From IMG/VR virus record IMGVR_UViG_3300045988_067909: a stretch of 64,000 nucleotides of DNA. One strand, 5' to 3'. This stretch comes from a virus. Each line of letters starts with the position of its first letter. Within the stretch, counting starts at the first letter, position 1. Below the pieces are notes generated by a model. It did not search any database. It saw only the letters and a program-made list of their open reading frames with translations, and had not been told where the DNA came from. The position numbers and the translations under genes are program-made. This document shows positions 10,488 to 20,697 of the stretch, in pieces.

Positions 10488-12532
10488 TATTCTCCTCCAC
10501 GAAGATCTCTAACCATCTTTTCTAATTTAGATAGAGAAGAATTTAATTCATCTCTGGTAATGTATTCGCTAGTAGAAGCAGTTGTTGAACCACCACTAAC
10601 AGGAACCCAACCAGATGCTGTTTTAGTATAGATTGTATTTGTAGATGTAACTAAGCATACAGACCCGTTAGGTGCAGTAGCATCTAGATCAGATACGTTA
10701 GCTACAGGGGCTTTCCAAGTACTAACTGTAGTTACACTAGCACCAGCAGAACCAGATTCGGATAATTCATTAGCAACGAATAAACCATTAGTACCTAATG
10801 TAGCTTTAATGGTGTCATTATACACGAAGTCTAATGCACCACCAGTACCAGGTTTAATAGTCCAGTTTTCACCAATAGTTGCCTTATTAGTAGCAGCATC
10901 GAGTTTAGCTAAGAATTTAAGATCAGCTTCAGCTTTAGTATATGTATCATTCCAACGAGTCTTTTCATCTGTAGTTACAAACTTATGAGTTGCATCTTCA
11001 GTAATCATAGTAGCTGGATGTGTAGCAGGATGCTCATAATTAGTAGCACCCTCTTCGATGCCATCTAATTTAAGCTTATCTTCTTTAGACATCTTACCAT
11101 CAATGGTATTAGTAGCTAATGGGATATTTACGCTAGAGATAGTATCCCATGTAGTACCATTATAACGATAGATAGAACCAGTACTAGTTACAGGAACTAC
11201 CATACCTTTCTTAGGTGTAGTATATGTAGTTGCAATATCACTATAATTAGCAACACCAGGTTTCCAATCCATAGAAGAAGCAACTGCATCAAGTTTAGCA
11301 GTCAATTCTGCATTAGATGGTAAATCACTAAGTTTAGATTTTTCATCTGGAGTCATGAATTTACGATTAGTATCTTCAGTGACAATAGCAGATGGGATTG
11401 CTGTTACATTAACTACAGTTTCAGTTTTACCATCAATGATAGATTCAGAAGCAGTGATACCACTGAATTTCATTTTATATGGTGTAGCTAATGCTGCTGC
11501 TTTAGCTGCTGTACCAGTGATATTAATATCCATGCTACTAGGGTTAGCACCAGCAATAACATGTCCCTCACGGTCTACTAATACTTGACTAAAACTACCT
11601 GCAGTTAGGTCAGTAGAAGTCTTAGGATGTACATATACAGTATCTGTGAATTTAGCATTAGCTGGTACACTAGAACCAACAGTAAACCCACGTACAGTAT
11701 CAGCATCAATATTACCTAAAGATGATCGATCAATTTGTAAATTAGTTACATTAAGATTGATATTACCATTAGCATCAGGTCCTGTAGATGCTGCTGTAAT
11801 TTTACCAGAAGCACTTACAGTCTTTATACTATTAACTGCATTATTGTTTCTCTTAACCCAATCTTTAATACGTTCAACTTCGATATTAACGAATGATGTA
11901 TTAGCAATTTTAGAAGAGATATCTCCAGCAGCAGCTGTTGGTACAGTTGGAGTACCAATGAAGTTAGGAGAATCTTTTAATGCAATATCACCAGCATTAA
12001 GACCAGCAATAGATTCAGCAGACTTAGCTTTAGCTGCAATACCACTAATATTTATATCATAAGTACCAGCTGATAAGTTTGATGGACCAAATTTACCATT
12101 AATAGCACTAGCATCAATAGATGTGACATTTAAAGTTACATTATTAGAACCGTCGAATAAAACAGATGGAGCCGTTACCCCACCTGTAAGTGCAAAGGTT
12201 ACAGTACCTTTAAGTCTGTCAGCAGTCTTAGCTCTCTCTGGAGTAAGACCATATAGAGCATTGTGCACAAATCTAGTAGTAGCAATAGTATCATTCCGAG
12301 TATTCAACTCAGGAGTAGGTGCTGTTGGTCTACCAGTAAATGCTGGATCATTAATAGGTGCTTTGGAATTCCAAAACATTTTTTCGATACCAGTTACATG
12401 AACCTCATTATCATTCATATGTCGATTCAAACTCTTTTGGAGATTTTTATCAGAGCTATTAATGAGTTCCCTCAAATCTGGGGATAAATCATTATAGGTT
12501 ATCAGATCGTATTTTTCATTGAAATCTGGCAT
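10487..12532 (-). CDS. tail fibre protein
   Basis: Carries the fibre repeat HVTGIEKMFWNSKA and Ser/Thr/Gly/Ala/Asn-rich beta-type sequence. I place the start at the ATG for MPDFNEKYD (coordinate 12532), which has AAAGGAGG 8 nt upstream. The track's TTG start at 12571 has no RBS and is probably an artefact. Confidence 0.7.
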   Translation of the reverse strand: MPDFNEKYDLITYNDLSPDLRELINSSDKNLQKSLNRHMNDNEVHVTGIEKMFWNSKAPINDPAFTGRPTAPTPELNTRNDTIATTRFVHNALYGLTPERAKTADRLKGTVTFALTGGVTAPSVLFDGSNNVTLNVTSIDASAINGKFGPSNLSAGTYDINISGIAAKAKSAESIAGLNAGDIALKDSPNFIGTPTVPTAAAGDISSKIANTSFVNIEVERIKDWVKRNNNAVNSIKTVSASGKITAASTGPDANGNINLNVTNLQIDRSSLGNIDADTVRGFTVGSSVPANAKFTDTVYVHPKTSTDLTAGSFSQVLVDREGHVIAGANPSSMDINITGTAAKAAALATPYKMKFSGITASESIIDGKTETVVNVTAIPSAIVTEDTNRKFMTPDEKSKLSDLPSNAELTAKLDAVASSMDWKPGVANYSDIATTYTTPKKGMVVPVTSTGSIYRYNGTTWDTISSVNIPLATNTIDGKMSKEDKLKLDGIEEGATNYEHPATHPATMITEDATHKFVTTDEKTRWNDTYTKAEADLKFLAKLDAATNKATIGENWTIKPGTGGALDFVYNDTIKATLGTNGLFVANELSESGSAGASVTTVSTWKAPVANVSDLDATAPNGSVCLVTSTNTIYTKTASGWVPVSGGSTTASTSEYITRDELNSSLSKLEKMVRDLRGGE

Positions 12533-12573
12533 TATATAGCCTCCTTTCACCAATTTACTACTATGTTTCAACA

Positions 12574-12583
12574 GTACTATAAT
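12574..12583 (+). promoter_or_regulatory. promoter-like motif GTACTATAAT in the divergent intergenic region
   Basis: Matches the TATA[CT]TATAA motif that recurs through the window; 29 nt upstream of the lysin ATG. Confidence 0.35.
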
Positions 12584-12611
12584 CGTTGACTATAGGAGGT
12601 TAATAATAACT

Positions 12612-13169
12612 ATGGCAATTAGAAAAGTATTTTTAAATCCTGGCCACGACCCTAAACTTAATGGAAGTGGCTATGCTATCGACCCAGGTGCTGTAGGCTC
12701 TCGCACTACAGAAGCCGAAGTTGTTAAAAAAATTGGTGCATTAGTAAGCCAATATCTTCAAGCTGTAGGTTATGAAACTTACATTATGCAAGATGATGAC
12801 TTAGACGCAGTATGTGAAGCAGCTAACCAATGGGATGCTGATATCTTTGTATCTATTCACTGTAATAGTGCAGAAAATCCAGCAGCTGAGGGTACTGAAA
12901 CATTTACTCATACTAGTGCAGGTCCTAACTCCTTATCTACTAAATTGGCTATTAATATCGACAATCAATTAGTTAATTCTTTAGACTTATATGATCGTGG
13001 TATTAAATCTGCCAACTTCTGGGTATTGCGTAAAACTGATATGCCAGCAGTATTGGTTGAAACAGCATTCATCAATAACCCAAAAGAAGAAGATAAGCTT
13101 ATTAATCAAGTAGATGAGTTTGCTAAAGCTATTGCTCGTGGCATCTCTGATACTGCAGCTCAAGTATAA
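12612..13169 (+). CDS. N-acetylmuramoyl-L-alanine amidase (Amidase_3 / CwlD-like); candidate endolysin
   Basis: Motifs NPGHDP...DPGAVG, IFVSIHCNSAENP, GTETFTH and DRGIKSANFWVLRKTDMPAVLVETAFINN fit the Amidase_3 zinc-amidase signature. Only a 185-aa catalytic domain is present, with no cell-wall-binding domain. RBS GGAGG. Confidence 0.85.
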   Translation: MAIRKVFLNPGHDPKLNGSGYAIDPGAVGSRTTEAEVVKKIGALVSQYLQAVGYETYIMQDDDLDAVCEAANQWDADIFVSIHCNSAENPAAEGTETFTHTSAGPNSLSTKLAINIDNQLVNSLDLYDRGIKSANFWVLRKTDMPAVLVETAFINNPKEEDKLINQVDEFAKAIARGISDTAAQV

Positions 13170-13177
13170 TCTATATC

Positions 13178-13612
13178 ATGAATACTGCTGCCGATGTAGA
13201 AAAAGCTCTCCAAATAGATACCGTACCGTCATTAAATTCAGAAGAAATTCAATATAATGGTAATATAGTAGCCTATCAAGGAGACTATTATATCTTTATC
13301 GACGGTAAATGGTCTAAGTTAGGTAAACAGGTATCATCTAGTACTAGTAGCCTAACTGAAAATGAAATAGAAGATATGGAGCCTGAAGAAATGGATGATA
13401 CTGGTAAACCATACTACAAATCTAGAGTATACTTTTACCCTCTAAATATAATTAAGATAGTAACTGTAATATTCTGTGGTATAGCTTTAATGTATTCTTT
13501 ATTCATTCAATCAGAGACTGTAGCGGCTACACTTGCTGGTGGGTTATTAACCTATTTGAGCCGTGGTAGTTCTGGATCTACTACAAACAATTATCAAAAG
13601 AATGATAAGTAA
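13178..13612 (+). CDS. membrane protein with two C-terminal TM helices; holin-like by position
   Basis: Immediately follows the amidase. Hydrophobic stretches LNIIKIVTVIFCGIALMYSLFI and TVAATLAGGLLTYL. Confidence 0.4.
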   Translation: MNTAADVEKALQIDTVPSLNSEEIQYNGNIVAYQGDYYIFIDGKWSKLGKQVSSSTSSLTENEIEDMEPEEMDDTGKPYYKSRVYFYPLNIIKIVTVIFCGIALMYSLFIQSETVAATLAGGLLTYLSRGSSGSTTNNYQKNDK

Positions 13613-13623
13613 GAAAGATATAA

Positions 13624-13660
13624 GCCCTAATGGTTATATGCCATTAGGGCCATCTTTTGG
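13624..13660 (+). terminator. rho-independent terminator
   Basis: Stem gccctaatgg/ccattagggc with loop ttatat, followed by catcttttgg. Confidence 0.55.
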
Positions 13661-13704
13661 CTTACTTGAACATCCCAGTAATTCTAAAATAGGAGGTTAA
13701 AACT

Positions 13705-14736
13705 ATGCCAGAGCAAATCAATTATGATTTAGATAGAGACAAGCTTGGTTTAAATGAGCTTAGTCTTAAACTGCGTGATATGGTTACAAAATCATTTAAT
13801 CATACTAAAGATGATGTAATACATATCACTGCAGAAGAGCGAGCATTATGGAATACTGTAGCAACTATTCCTAATGTAAGCAATAATAATAATGGCTTTA
13901 TGTCTATAGCTGATAAAGTTAAATTAGATGGAATAGAAGAGCAAGCCAACCATTATGTACACCCTAAGAAACCTAATGCTGTTCCTGGTAACTATATTAC
14001 AGTAGATATTGATGATGAGGGCCATGTCACTCGTGGATATAACCCAACTAAGTTGCCTATTACTGTAGATAATGCTGATAGATTAGGTGGGTTAGTACCA
14101 GGAGACTTTGCTCCTATAGCTAATCCAATCTTCTTAGGTAAACCACAAGCACCGACTCCAGTAATTAGTGCTGACAGTACCAAGATGGAAATAGTCAATG
14201 TGAAGTATTTAGAATCTCATATCTTCCCTTATGTAAGATCTCGTGTAGAACCAACTGGTGATGGAGAAAATCTATTCTGGATTGATTCTACAAACATCTT
14301 AAGCTCTTATAGTAAAGAAAAGAAATGGCATTCTGTATATACAGAAGCTAGTAAGTATATGCTTGCATTAAATGAAAAGATTGATGTAAATACTCAGCCA
14401 TCTGACTATGCAGCATATCTAAAGTTCTATGGACAAAAGAAATTATCTGCATTAAACTTAGATACAACTATTACTGGTGCTAGAACTGAAGAGTTTGCTA
14501 CAGTAATGGGTATGAGAGCTGTTGACCAAGATATCTCCCATGAGTTTATCTTTATTGGTAACGACTTATTCATCCGTAGTGGTGCAGATAACTGGGATAG
14601 CCTAGTTAAAATCTTTGATAGCAACGATGAAACTATAGCAAAAACTAAGAAAGCTATGGAATTTGATATAGATAACGGAAGCCTAGTAGTTAATAGTGGT
14701 GGTAAGAAATATAAAGTCACCCTAACTGAGGTATAG
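13705..14736 (+). CDS. tail fibre protein (repeat-module family)
   Basis: RBS AGGAGG. Contains HITAEERALWNTVA and GFMSIADKVKLDGIEEQANHYVHP. Confidence 0.7.
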   Translation: MPEQINYDLDRDKLGLNELSLKLRDMVTKSFNHTKDDVIHITAEERALWNTVATIPNVSNNNNGFMSIADKVKLDGIEEQANHYVHPKKPNAVPGNYITVDIDDEGHVTRGYNPTKLPITVDNADRLGGLVPGDFAPIANPIFLGKPQAPTPVISADSTKMEIVNVKYLESHIFPYVRSRVEPTGDGENLFWIDSTNILSSYSKEKKWHSVYTEASKYMLALNEKIDVNTQPSDYAAYLKFYGQKKLSALNLDTTITGARTEEFATVMGMRAVDQDISHEFIFIGNDLFIRSGADNWDSLVKIFDSNDETIAKTKKAMEFDIDNGSLVVNSGGKKYKVTLTEV

Positions 14737-14746
14737 GAGGTTTATT

Positions 14747-16054
14747 ATGTCATATCATGATAGACAAAGTCTAAATCAAACTATTCCTAGGCATATATCC
14801 AAACAGGAACTATCTCCATCATTACGTAATCGTATACAAGATGAGTATGATCATATATACAATCATACTCTACATATTACAGAAGAAGAACGTTATAGAT
14901 GGAATCAATCAGCTAAACGTGTACTTAAACCAGCTACTGTATATGCTGATGGGTTAATGACTAAAGAAGATAAAGCTAAATTAGATAGTATCGAAGTTAA
15001 AGCTAATAAATACGTGCACCCATTCTCTAATGTAACACCTGGTAGTTATCTTGAAGTGACTACTGATGGATTAGGGCATGTAATATATGGTAATAACCCA
15101 GCTAGACTTAATATAAGAGCTAGAAACGCTACTAAGTTAGGTAATATAAACCCAGATGAATTTGTATCACCTAATAATGCATTCCTAAAGGGTAATGTAT
15201 CATTTAGAAAGTATCCTAATGATATAGATCATCTTAATTACCCTATAACTAAGAAAGATCTAGTTGACCAATCATTAACTACAAGCTATTATATTAGTGA
15301 TGACACTACGCCTAATCTGAATAAGATTAGAATTAGTCCGACTACAAATGTAGCATCTTATTATGATGCTGACTCTAATAGCTGGGTTAATATAACTCTA
15401 CCTAATAATATTGCTAGATTAGATTCTAATGGTAAAGTTCCATTGAATCTTATGCCAACACAAGGTCTTCCTATAGGAGCTATTATACCAACACTAAGTG
15501 CTAGTATAGATCTTATGAAAATAGATGGATTCTTACCATTAACTGGTATTGAAGTGATGAAGAATGAATACTTAGATTTATATAACTTTGCTAAGTCATC
15601 TAATATACTTGTACCATATTCTGAATATAGTAAGTTTGAACGATTACCATCTATTGGATTCTTCTTTGATAATGGTAATACTTTCATATTACCTAAGTTA
15701 AACGATTTCTTATGTGCTACTAGCAATATTAGTGATACTGGTAGATACACTCCATCATGTACACCTAGACAGACTAGTACGTTTAATACTATGGCTAAGA
15801 ATGACTTCCTAAAAGAGTTTGACTATAATAATAGAAATGCTGTAAATGAAAGACTATCTTGTTATACTGGTGCATTTAGAATGGTGGACAGTTTAGGTCA
15901 GGCAACTAGTGGTGGTGGTTTTGTAAGAGCTAGAAATATTAATAATAATATATTACTTACAAAGTTCAATTCCAATGAAGGAAATGATAATGACTGTACT
16001 ATAAATGAACCAGCTCATTTTAATACTATATACATGATTAAAGCTAAATACTAA
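14747..16054 (+). CDS. tail fibre protein with C-terminal tail-collar-like domain
   Basis: HITEEERYRWNQSA and GLMTKEDKAKLDSIEVKANKYVHP. C-terminus has GLPIGAII ... FILPKLNDF and ends ...IYMIKAKY. Confidence 0.75.
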   Translation: MSYHDRQSLNQTIPRHISKQELSPSLRNRIQDEYDHIYNHTLHITEEERYRWNQSAKRVLKPATVYADGLMTKEDKAKLDSIEVKANKYVHPFSNVTPGSYLEVTTDGLGHVIYGNNPARLNIRARNATKLGNINPDEFVSPNNAFLKGNVSFRKYPNDIDHLNYPITKKDLVDQSLTTSYYISDDTTPNLNKIRISPTTNVASYYDADSNSWVNITLPNNIARLDSNGKVPLNLMPTQGLPIGAIIPTLSASIDLMKIDGFLPLTGIEVMKNEYLDLYNFAKSSNILVPYSEYSKFERLPSIGFFFDNGNTFILPKLNDFLCATSNISDTGRYTPSCTPRQTSTFNTMAKNDFLKEFDYNNRNAVNERLSCYTGAFRMVDSLGQATSGGGFVRARNINNNILLTKFNSNEGNDNDCTINEPAHFNTIYMIKAKY

Positions 16055-16068
16055 AGAAAGGAGAAGCT

Positions 16069-17445
16069 ATGTCTAAAGAGCAAGATGTAATAAAGTGGTG
16101 GCTATCCTATTCTGAAGAAGAAGCTAAACGTCGTAAAGAAGAATGGCTAGATGAGCACAATAAGTCTAGGCTATATAATGAAGTATTAGATAAGCTAACA
16201 GAGAAAGAGTTTAATACTGTATTACATAATACCATCAACGATATAAGATTCCATATGACTGATTCTTTTATGCATATATCTAAAGAAGAACGTGATACTT
16301 GGAATAAAGTCACATATGAATCTTTAACCAAGACAGTATCCGCAGAATCTGATGGTCTTATGTCTAAAGAAGATAAAAAGAAGTTAGATGATATACATGA
16401 AGGTGCTAATAACTATACTCACCCTAAATATAGACCAGTAACGTCTTATAAATTTAAGAAAGTTGATGAGTATGGTCACATCTATGGTTCATCTGAACCA
16501 GATGTATTACCAGTGACTGTAGACTCTGTAGATACATTGAATGGTAAACCTATTGAGTATTTTGCTAAGAATAATAACCAAATATTCAATAATATAACTG
16601 TGCCAGATGTAGATATCTCTACAGCTAAAGATAATACAGCTATTAATTATAAGACAATGAAGTCTTATGTATTAGATGGTGCTATACAAGTTACTAATAG
16701 TAATACAAATCTTGATACAAGAAAGCTTTGGTATAATACTAAAGATAATAAAGCATACTATTATCAAAGTAATATATGGAAACCATTCTCTATACCAGAT
16801 AAACCTGTGACATATAATGATAATGGGGTTATAGACAGCTCTTTATTACCATTAGTAGGATATCCTATAGGGTCTGTAGTTACTGTATATGGTAATACTA
16901 TCCCTCAAGGGTGTTTATTATTAGATGGATCCATTATATCTAAGGCAGACTACCCTAAATTATGGGATAGAGTATCACGATACTATAAGATAATATCTGA
17001 TAACGAGTATAACTCTTTACCATATGAGCATGCTACTACATACTTCTCACTTGTAGCATCAGATTCTGATAAATTTAGATTACCTAATTTATACAATCTA
17101 CATTTAAGACCTACGAGTGAAACTAATAAGCAAGGTGCACTACAACCTAACGCTAAACGTGCTAATATATATGGTACATTCCCAGTGACCCCATTTAATG
17201 GATATTCATTTCCGGAAGATATCGCACTCTATAATAAATATCCTATCGTTAAATGTGAACAAAGACCGATGACTACGTTTAGTTATGGGTCACCATATTA
17301 TAATGAATGGGGTTATATGGGTTATGAATATGCTAATAAGAATCGTGAATCATTAGACAATTACTATAAGCCTATAATAAATGAATCTAGTCAAGGTTTC
17401 TCTCCTAGATCTGTAACTGTTTTGTATTGTATTAAAGCTAAATAG
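16069..17445 (+). CDS. tail fibre protein with tail-collar domain
   Basis: HISKEERDTWNKVT and GLMSKEDKKKLDDIHEGANNYTHP. C-terminus: GYPIGSVVTVYG...GCLLLDGSIISKADYPKLWDRV...FRLPNLYNLHLRP...LYCIKAK, the tail-collar pattern. Confidence 0.75.
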   Translation: MSKEQDVIKWWLSYSEEEAKRRKEEWLDEHNKSRLYNEVLDKLTEKEFNTVLHNTINDIRFHMTDSFMHISKEERDTWNKVTYESLTKTVSAESDGLMSKEDKKKLDDIHEGANNYTHPKYRPVTSYKFKKVDEYGHIYGSSEPDVLPVTVDSVDTLNGKPIEYFAKNNNQIFNNITVPDVDISTAKDNTAINYKTMKSYVLDGAIQVTNSNTNLDTRKLWYNTKDNKAYYYQSNIWKPFSIPDKPVTYNDNGVIDSSLLPLVGYPIGSVVTVYGNTIPQGCLLLDGSIISKADYPKLWDRVSRYYKIISDNEYNSLPYEHATTYFSLVASDSDKFRLPNLYNLHLRPTSETNKQGALQPNAKRANIYGTFPVTPFNGYSFPEDIALYNKYPIVKCEQRPMTTFSYGSPYYNEWGYMGYEYANKNRESLDNYYKPIINESSQGFSPRSVTVLYCIKAK

Positions 17446-17454
17446 GAGGTAGCT

Positions 17455-19167
17455 ATGGGTGACTTTAATAATGAACTAGATAAAATTAATAAAACCGAAT
17501 TAGCTTCCCCGTTATCTAAGCTAATTAATGATGGCTATGCTCATATGTATAACCAAAATATGCATACATCTGAAAATGAACGTGATGTATGGAATAAAGC
17601 AGCTAATACTGTACTGTATAAAGCTAATATAGATTTGAATGGATTACTATCTAAAGAGGATAAAGAGAAACTAAATTCTATAGAGAGTGGTGCTAATAAC
17701 TATACTCACCCTAAATATATACAATCTAATGCTGGTACGTATATATCTACAGTATCAGATGATTCTGGTCATGTAATATATGGTAGTAATCCAACGTTCT
17801 TAGATTGTACTGTAGAGAATGCAACTAAGCTTAAAGATACAATCTTTGGTGAATTTGTACGTGCATCTAATCAAGTATTTGGGGATAATGTAACAATAAA
17901 TCCTAATAGCGATGTATATGATGGAACACCTGTTACATTTAAAAACTTTAATGATTATAGATTGGATAAAGCATTCAATAAATCTATAGCTATATCTACA
18001 GATGACGATTCATTATTTGCTCAAGATGGTACATCTAAGTCTATACATTATGGACTAAATAATGATATTGTAATATATAAACGTACTGTATCATCATTAA
18101 CAAGCTATTCATTGGTTAATTCAGCAAATACTATAAAACTAGTAAATGGTAAAATACCAATTAGATATATTCAAGATGATGGTGTGCCTATTGGTACTAT
18201 ACTATTCTGGTTAGGTTCTAATATACCTGATGGATATTTGCCTATGAATGGTATGGCTGTACAAAAATCATTAGTACCAGAGCTTATTGAATATGCTAAT
18301 ACTAATGGTCTATTAGAAAACTGGAATAATATGATGGAAAATAAGTACTACAATGCTAAGTTTGTACTAAAAGATGATAAGTTATATATGCCGACTTTTA
18401 ATAGAGCCATTACTGTATCAGCAAATAATAATAGAACGCTATCTGGTAATATTTCTGAATGGATTACTAAATATATCCGTGGTACATTCCAAGTAGCATC
18501 TGGTGCTATACAGTGGAACCCTGGTCCTAATGAGTTCAACTCTAAACAGGATACTGGTGAGATTCACGTAAAGAACGATGATGGTACAGATAAATTCTTA
18601 ATTCCAGATCCATCTACAGATATTGGGCAAACATATTTAACTATGTATGATAGTGGTGCTGTAGTATCAGCTGGTGATGATATGGCACCAGCTATGATGA
18701 CTGTAAATTATATTATCAAAGCATCATCTACAGGGCTAAAACTAAATTACGTTAAACAACTAAGTTACGATTATTATAATATAGATAATGGTAACCAGGT
18801 TAGATTTAGCGATGTATTAGACCATATCAAGTGTAATAATCATAGACCTATTGTTGATGTGACTATAAGTAATAGAGGTATAGCTTTTAGTAACTCAGCA
18901 GAGATTGATGGGGTCTATGATAAATTACGTTATGAACGTTTAAATCCATATAGACAGTTGATTATTCGAGGTTTGGGCAAATCAATCTACTATCCATATA
19001 GTGTAGATTTAAACGAAAATAACTTAATTACTATTGCAGAAAACAAGGTTCCTAATAGTACATTTACTATTCAGGTGTCAAAGGCCGATCCATATGATAG
19101 AATGGAAAAGTTTGACAGTTTAAAAACTAGACTTGCTAGTTATGGAGTAACGCTAGTAAAAGTATAA
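17455..19167 (+). CDS. tail fibre protein with tail-collar domain
   Basis: HTSENERDVWNKAA and GLLSKEDKEKLNSIESGANNYTHP. C-terminus: GVPIGTILFWLG...GYLPMNGMAV...LYMPTFNRAI...VNYIIKAS. Confidence 0.75.
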   Translation: MGDFNNELDKINKTELASPLSKLINDGYAHMYNQNMHTSENERDVWNKAANTVLYKANIDLNGLLSKEDKEKLNSIESGANNYTHPKYIQSNAGTYISTVSDDSGHVIYGSNPTFLDCTVENATKLKDTIFGEFVRASNQVFGDNVTINPNSDVYDGTPVTFKNFNDYRLDKAFNKSIAISTDDDSLFAQDGTSKSIHYGLNNDIVIYKRTVSSLTSYSLVNSANTIKLVNGKIPIRYIQDDGVPIGTILFWLGSNIPDGYLPMNGMAVQKSLVPELIEYANTNGLLENWNNMMENKYYNAKFVLKDDKLYMPTFNRAITVSANNNRTLSGNISEWITKYIRGTFQVASGAIQWNPGPNEFNSKQDTGEIHVKNDDGTDKFLIPDPSTDIGQTYLTMYDSGAVVSAGDDMAPAMMTVNYIIKASSTGLKLNYVKQLSYDYYNIDNGNQVRFSDVLDHIKCNNHRPIVDVTISNRGIAFSNSAEIDGVYDKLRYERLNPYRQLIIRGLGKSIYYPYSVDLNENNLITIAENKVPNSTFTIQVSKADPYDRMEKFDSLKTRLASYGVTLVKV

Positions 19168-19189
19168 TTTTTAATCAACCGGAGGGTTA

Positions 19190-19828
19190 GTGTTTATGAA
19201 CTATTTAATCAATCAAGTGAAAGCTCACTTGAAGATTATTATTGCTTTTATCGTGATTATCTTAATTTCTTTACTGACTATATTGTATTTTAAGCATGAA
19301 GCTAATGTAGAAGCTAATCGTTATAGAGAGATTCTTGATAACGTAACTAAGACTGCAGAATACAATAAAGAGTTAGCTAAAGAAAATAAAATAGTGATGG
19401 CAGCTATTGATGACTTACGTAATAATAAGCCAGTAAAAGAAACCATTACTAATAATAATACAGATACTATAAGATACATCGAGAAGACTTCACCAGAAGA
19501 TCCTGATGTAGTTGTCAATAAAGAAAAAACTGCCAGTATTAGATATAATGGAGAAACTTTCAGTACACCCTTACAATCTTCTGCGGCATCTAGTGTAGCC
19601 AAGGAAGATGGTACAGTAGAAATTAAACAAAAAGACGAAGTTGTTATTGACGTAACTGATATAGCTAATAGACAAATTGCTGCTCATGATTTAATGAGAG
19701 ATAAAGTCGAACAAGAGCTACGTGATGACGTCAAGAAACTTAAACATGAAAACAGAAATTACAAGATAGCTGGTGTAGCTTTAGGTACCGCTGGTATAGG
19801 GTATGCAATCTATAAGGCAAAGAAATAG
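19190..19828 (+). CDS. N-terminal TM anchor, coiled-coil region and C-terminal hydrophobic segment; spanin-like or other envelope-associated protein
   Basis: KIIIAFIVIILISLLTILYF is followed by charged helical sequence and ends IAGVALGTAGIGYAIYKAKK. GGAGGG lies upstream; an alternative ATG at 19196 is possible. Confidence 0.4.
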   Translation: MFMNYLINQVKAHLKIIIAFIVIILISLLTILYFKHEANVEANRYREILDNVTKTAEYNKELAKENKIVMAAIDDLRNNKPVKETITNNNTDTIRYIEKTSPEDPDVVVNKEKTASIRYNGETFSTPLQSSAASSVAKEDGTVEIKQKDEVVIDVTDIANRQIAAHDLMRDKVEQELRDDVKKLKHENRNYKIAGVALGTAGIGYAIYKAKK

Positions 19829-19884
19829 GTCAATTAGGTGAAACATAAAAATAAGTCTTTATTTTTATTAAAGGTGGTGATGAA

Positions 19885-20682
19885 GTGGACTTTGAAGGTG
19901 CTACTGGTGTACTTTCTATGGTTAAAGATATAGGTGCTATAGAATTTATTCTAATCTTGCTAGTGGCATATGTAATCTACTCCAACCATACCAATACCCG
20001 AGCAATTCTACAATTATCAAGAAGAGAAGAATCAGCTAAGCCTTCTGATAAGTCAGTACAATCTGAAGAAGCTAGAATGATCAATACTATGATTGATGAT
20101 ATGAATCAGCACCCATATACATTAAATAAACTAAATGAGACATATACCAAAACAAATACATTAATCAAACACAAACTCAAAGAGACTGCTGATACACTTG
20201 GAGCTGAACGTATTTGTGTGTATATGTTTCATAATGGTGAGCATTCGGTTAATAATATACCTTTCTTAAAGACCACTTGTATTTGTGAATACATAGATAG
20301 ACATAAAGGGGCAACCAGTCTACTTATGACTCACAAAGGTGTACCTATTAACTTAGCTAGTGACTTATTTAAGCGTATCAATAATCATCAGATTACAGTA
20401 TTGTATCCTGATGATGAAAACGTTATTGATAGAGTCATGGCAAACTTCTTCTATAGAGAGAATGATAATAGAACTACAATAGTGGTTACTATATATGACT
20501 CCTCTAACCAACTGGATGAAAAACCAGTTGGTTTTCTAAGTGCAGATTTTGAATTTGACCATAGGTTAAAAAGTGAAGAACTTAAAGACTACTTCACTGA
20601 ACTTGAAGAGCTAGCAGACTACTTATCAGTATCTGTATTAATTAGCTATCTTTTCTTTCAAACTAAAAAGGAAAAAGAATAA
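19885..20682 (+). CDS. hypothetical membrane-anchored protein
   Basis: GTG start with AAAGGTGGTGA upstream; N-terminal TM IEFILILLVAYVIY. Confidence 0.45.
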   Translation: MDFEGATGVLSMVKDIGAIEFILILLVAYVIYSNHTNTRAILQLSRREESAKPSDKSVQSEEARMINTMIDDMNQHPYTLNKLNETYTKTNTLIKHKLKETADTLGAERICVYMFHNGEHSVNNIPFLKTTCICEYIDRHKGATSLLMTHKGVPINLASDLFKRINNHQITVLYPDDENVIDRVMANFFYRENDNRTTIVVTIYDSSNQLDEKPVGFLSADFEFDHRLKSEELKDYFTELEELADYLSVSVLISYLFFQTKKEKE

Positions 20683-20697
20683 GGAGGAAGTTCTTTC

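Noticed and set aside
11355-12487. Track ORFs on the + strand (11355, 11646, 12123, 12263)
   Set aside because: Antisense to the Ser/Thr/Ala-rich fibre gene 10487..12532; their Ala/Leu/Val-rich products are the typical mirror of such genes.
12533-12571. TTG start at 12571 for the minus-strand fibre gene, as given in the track
   Set aside because: No RBS; an ATG 13 codons downstream (at 12532) has AAAGGAGG at ideal spacing.
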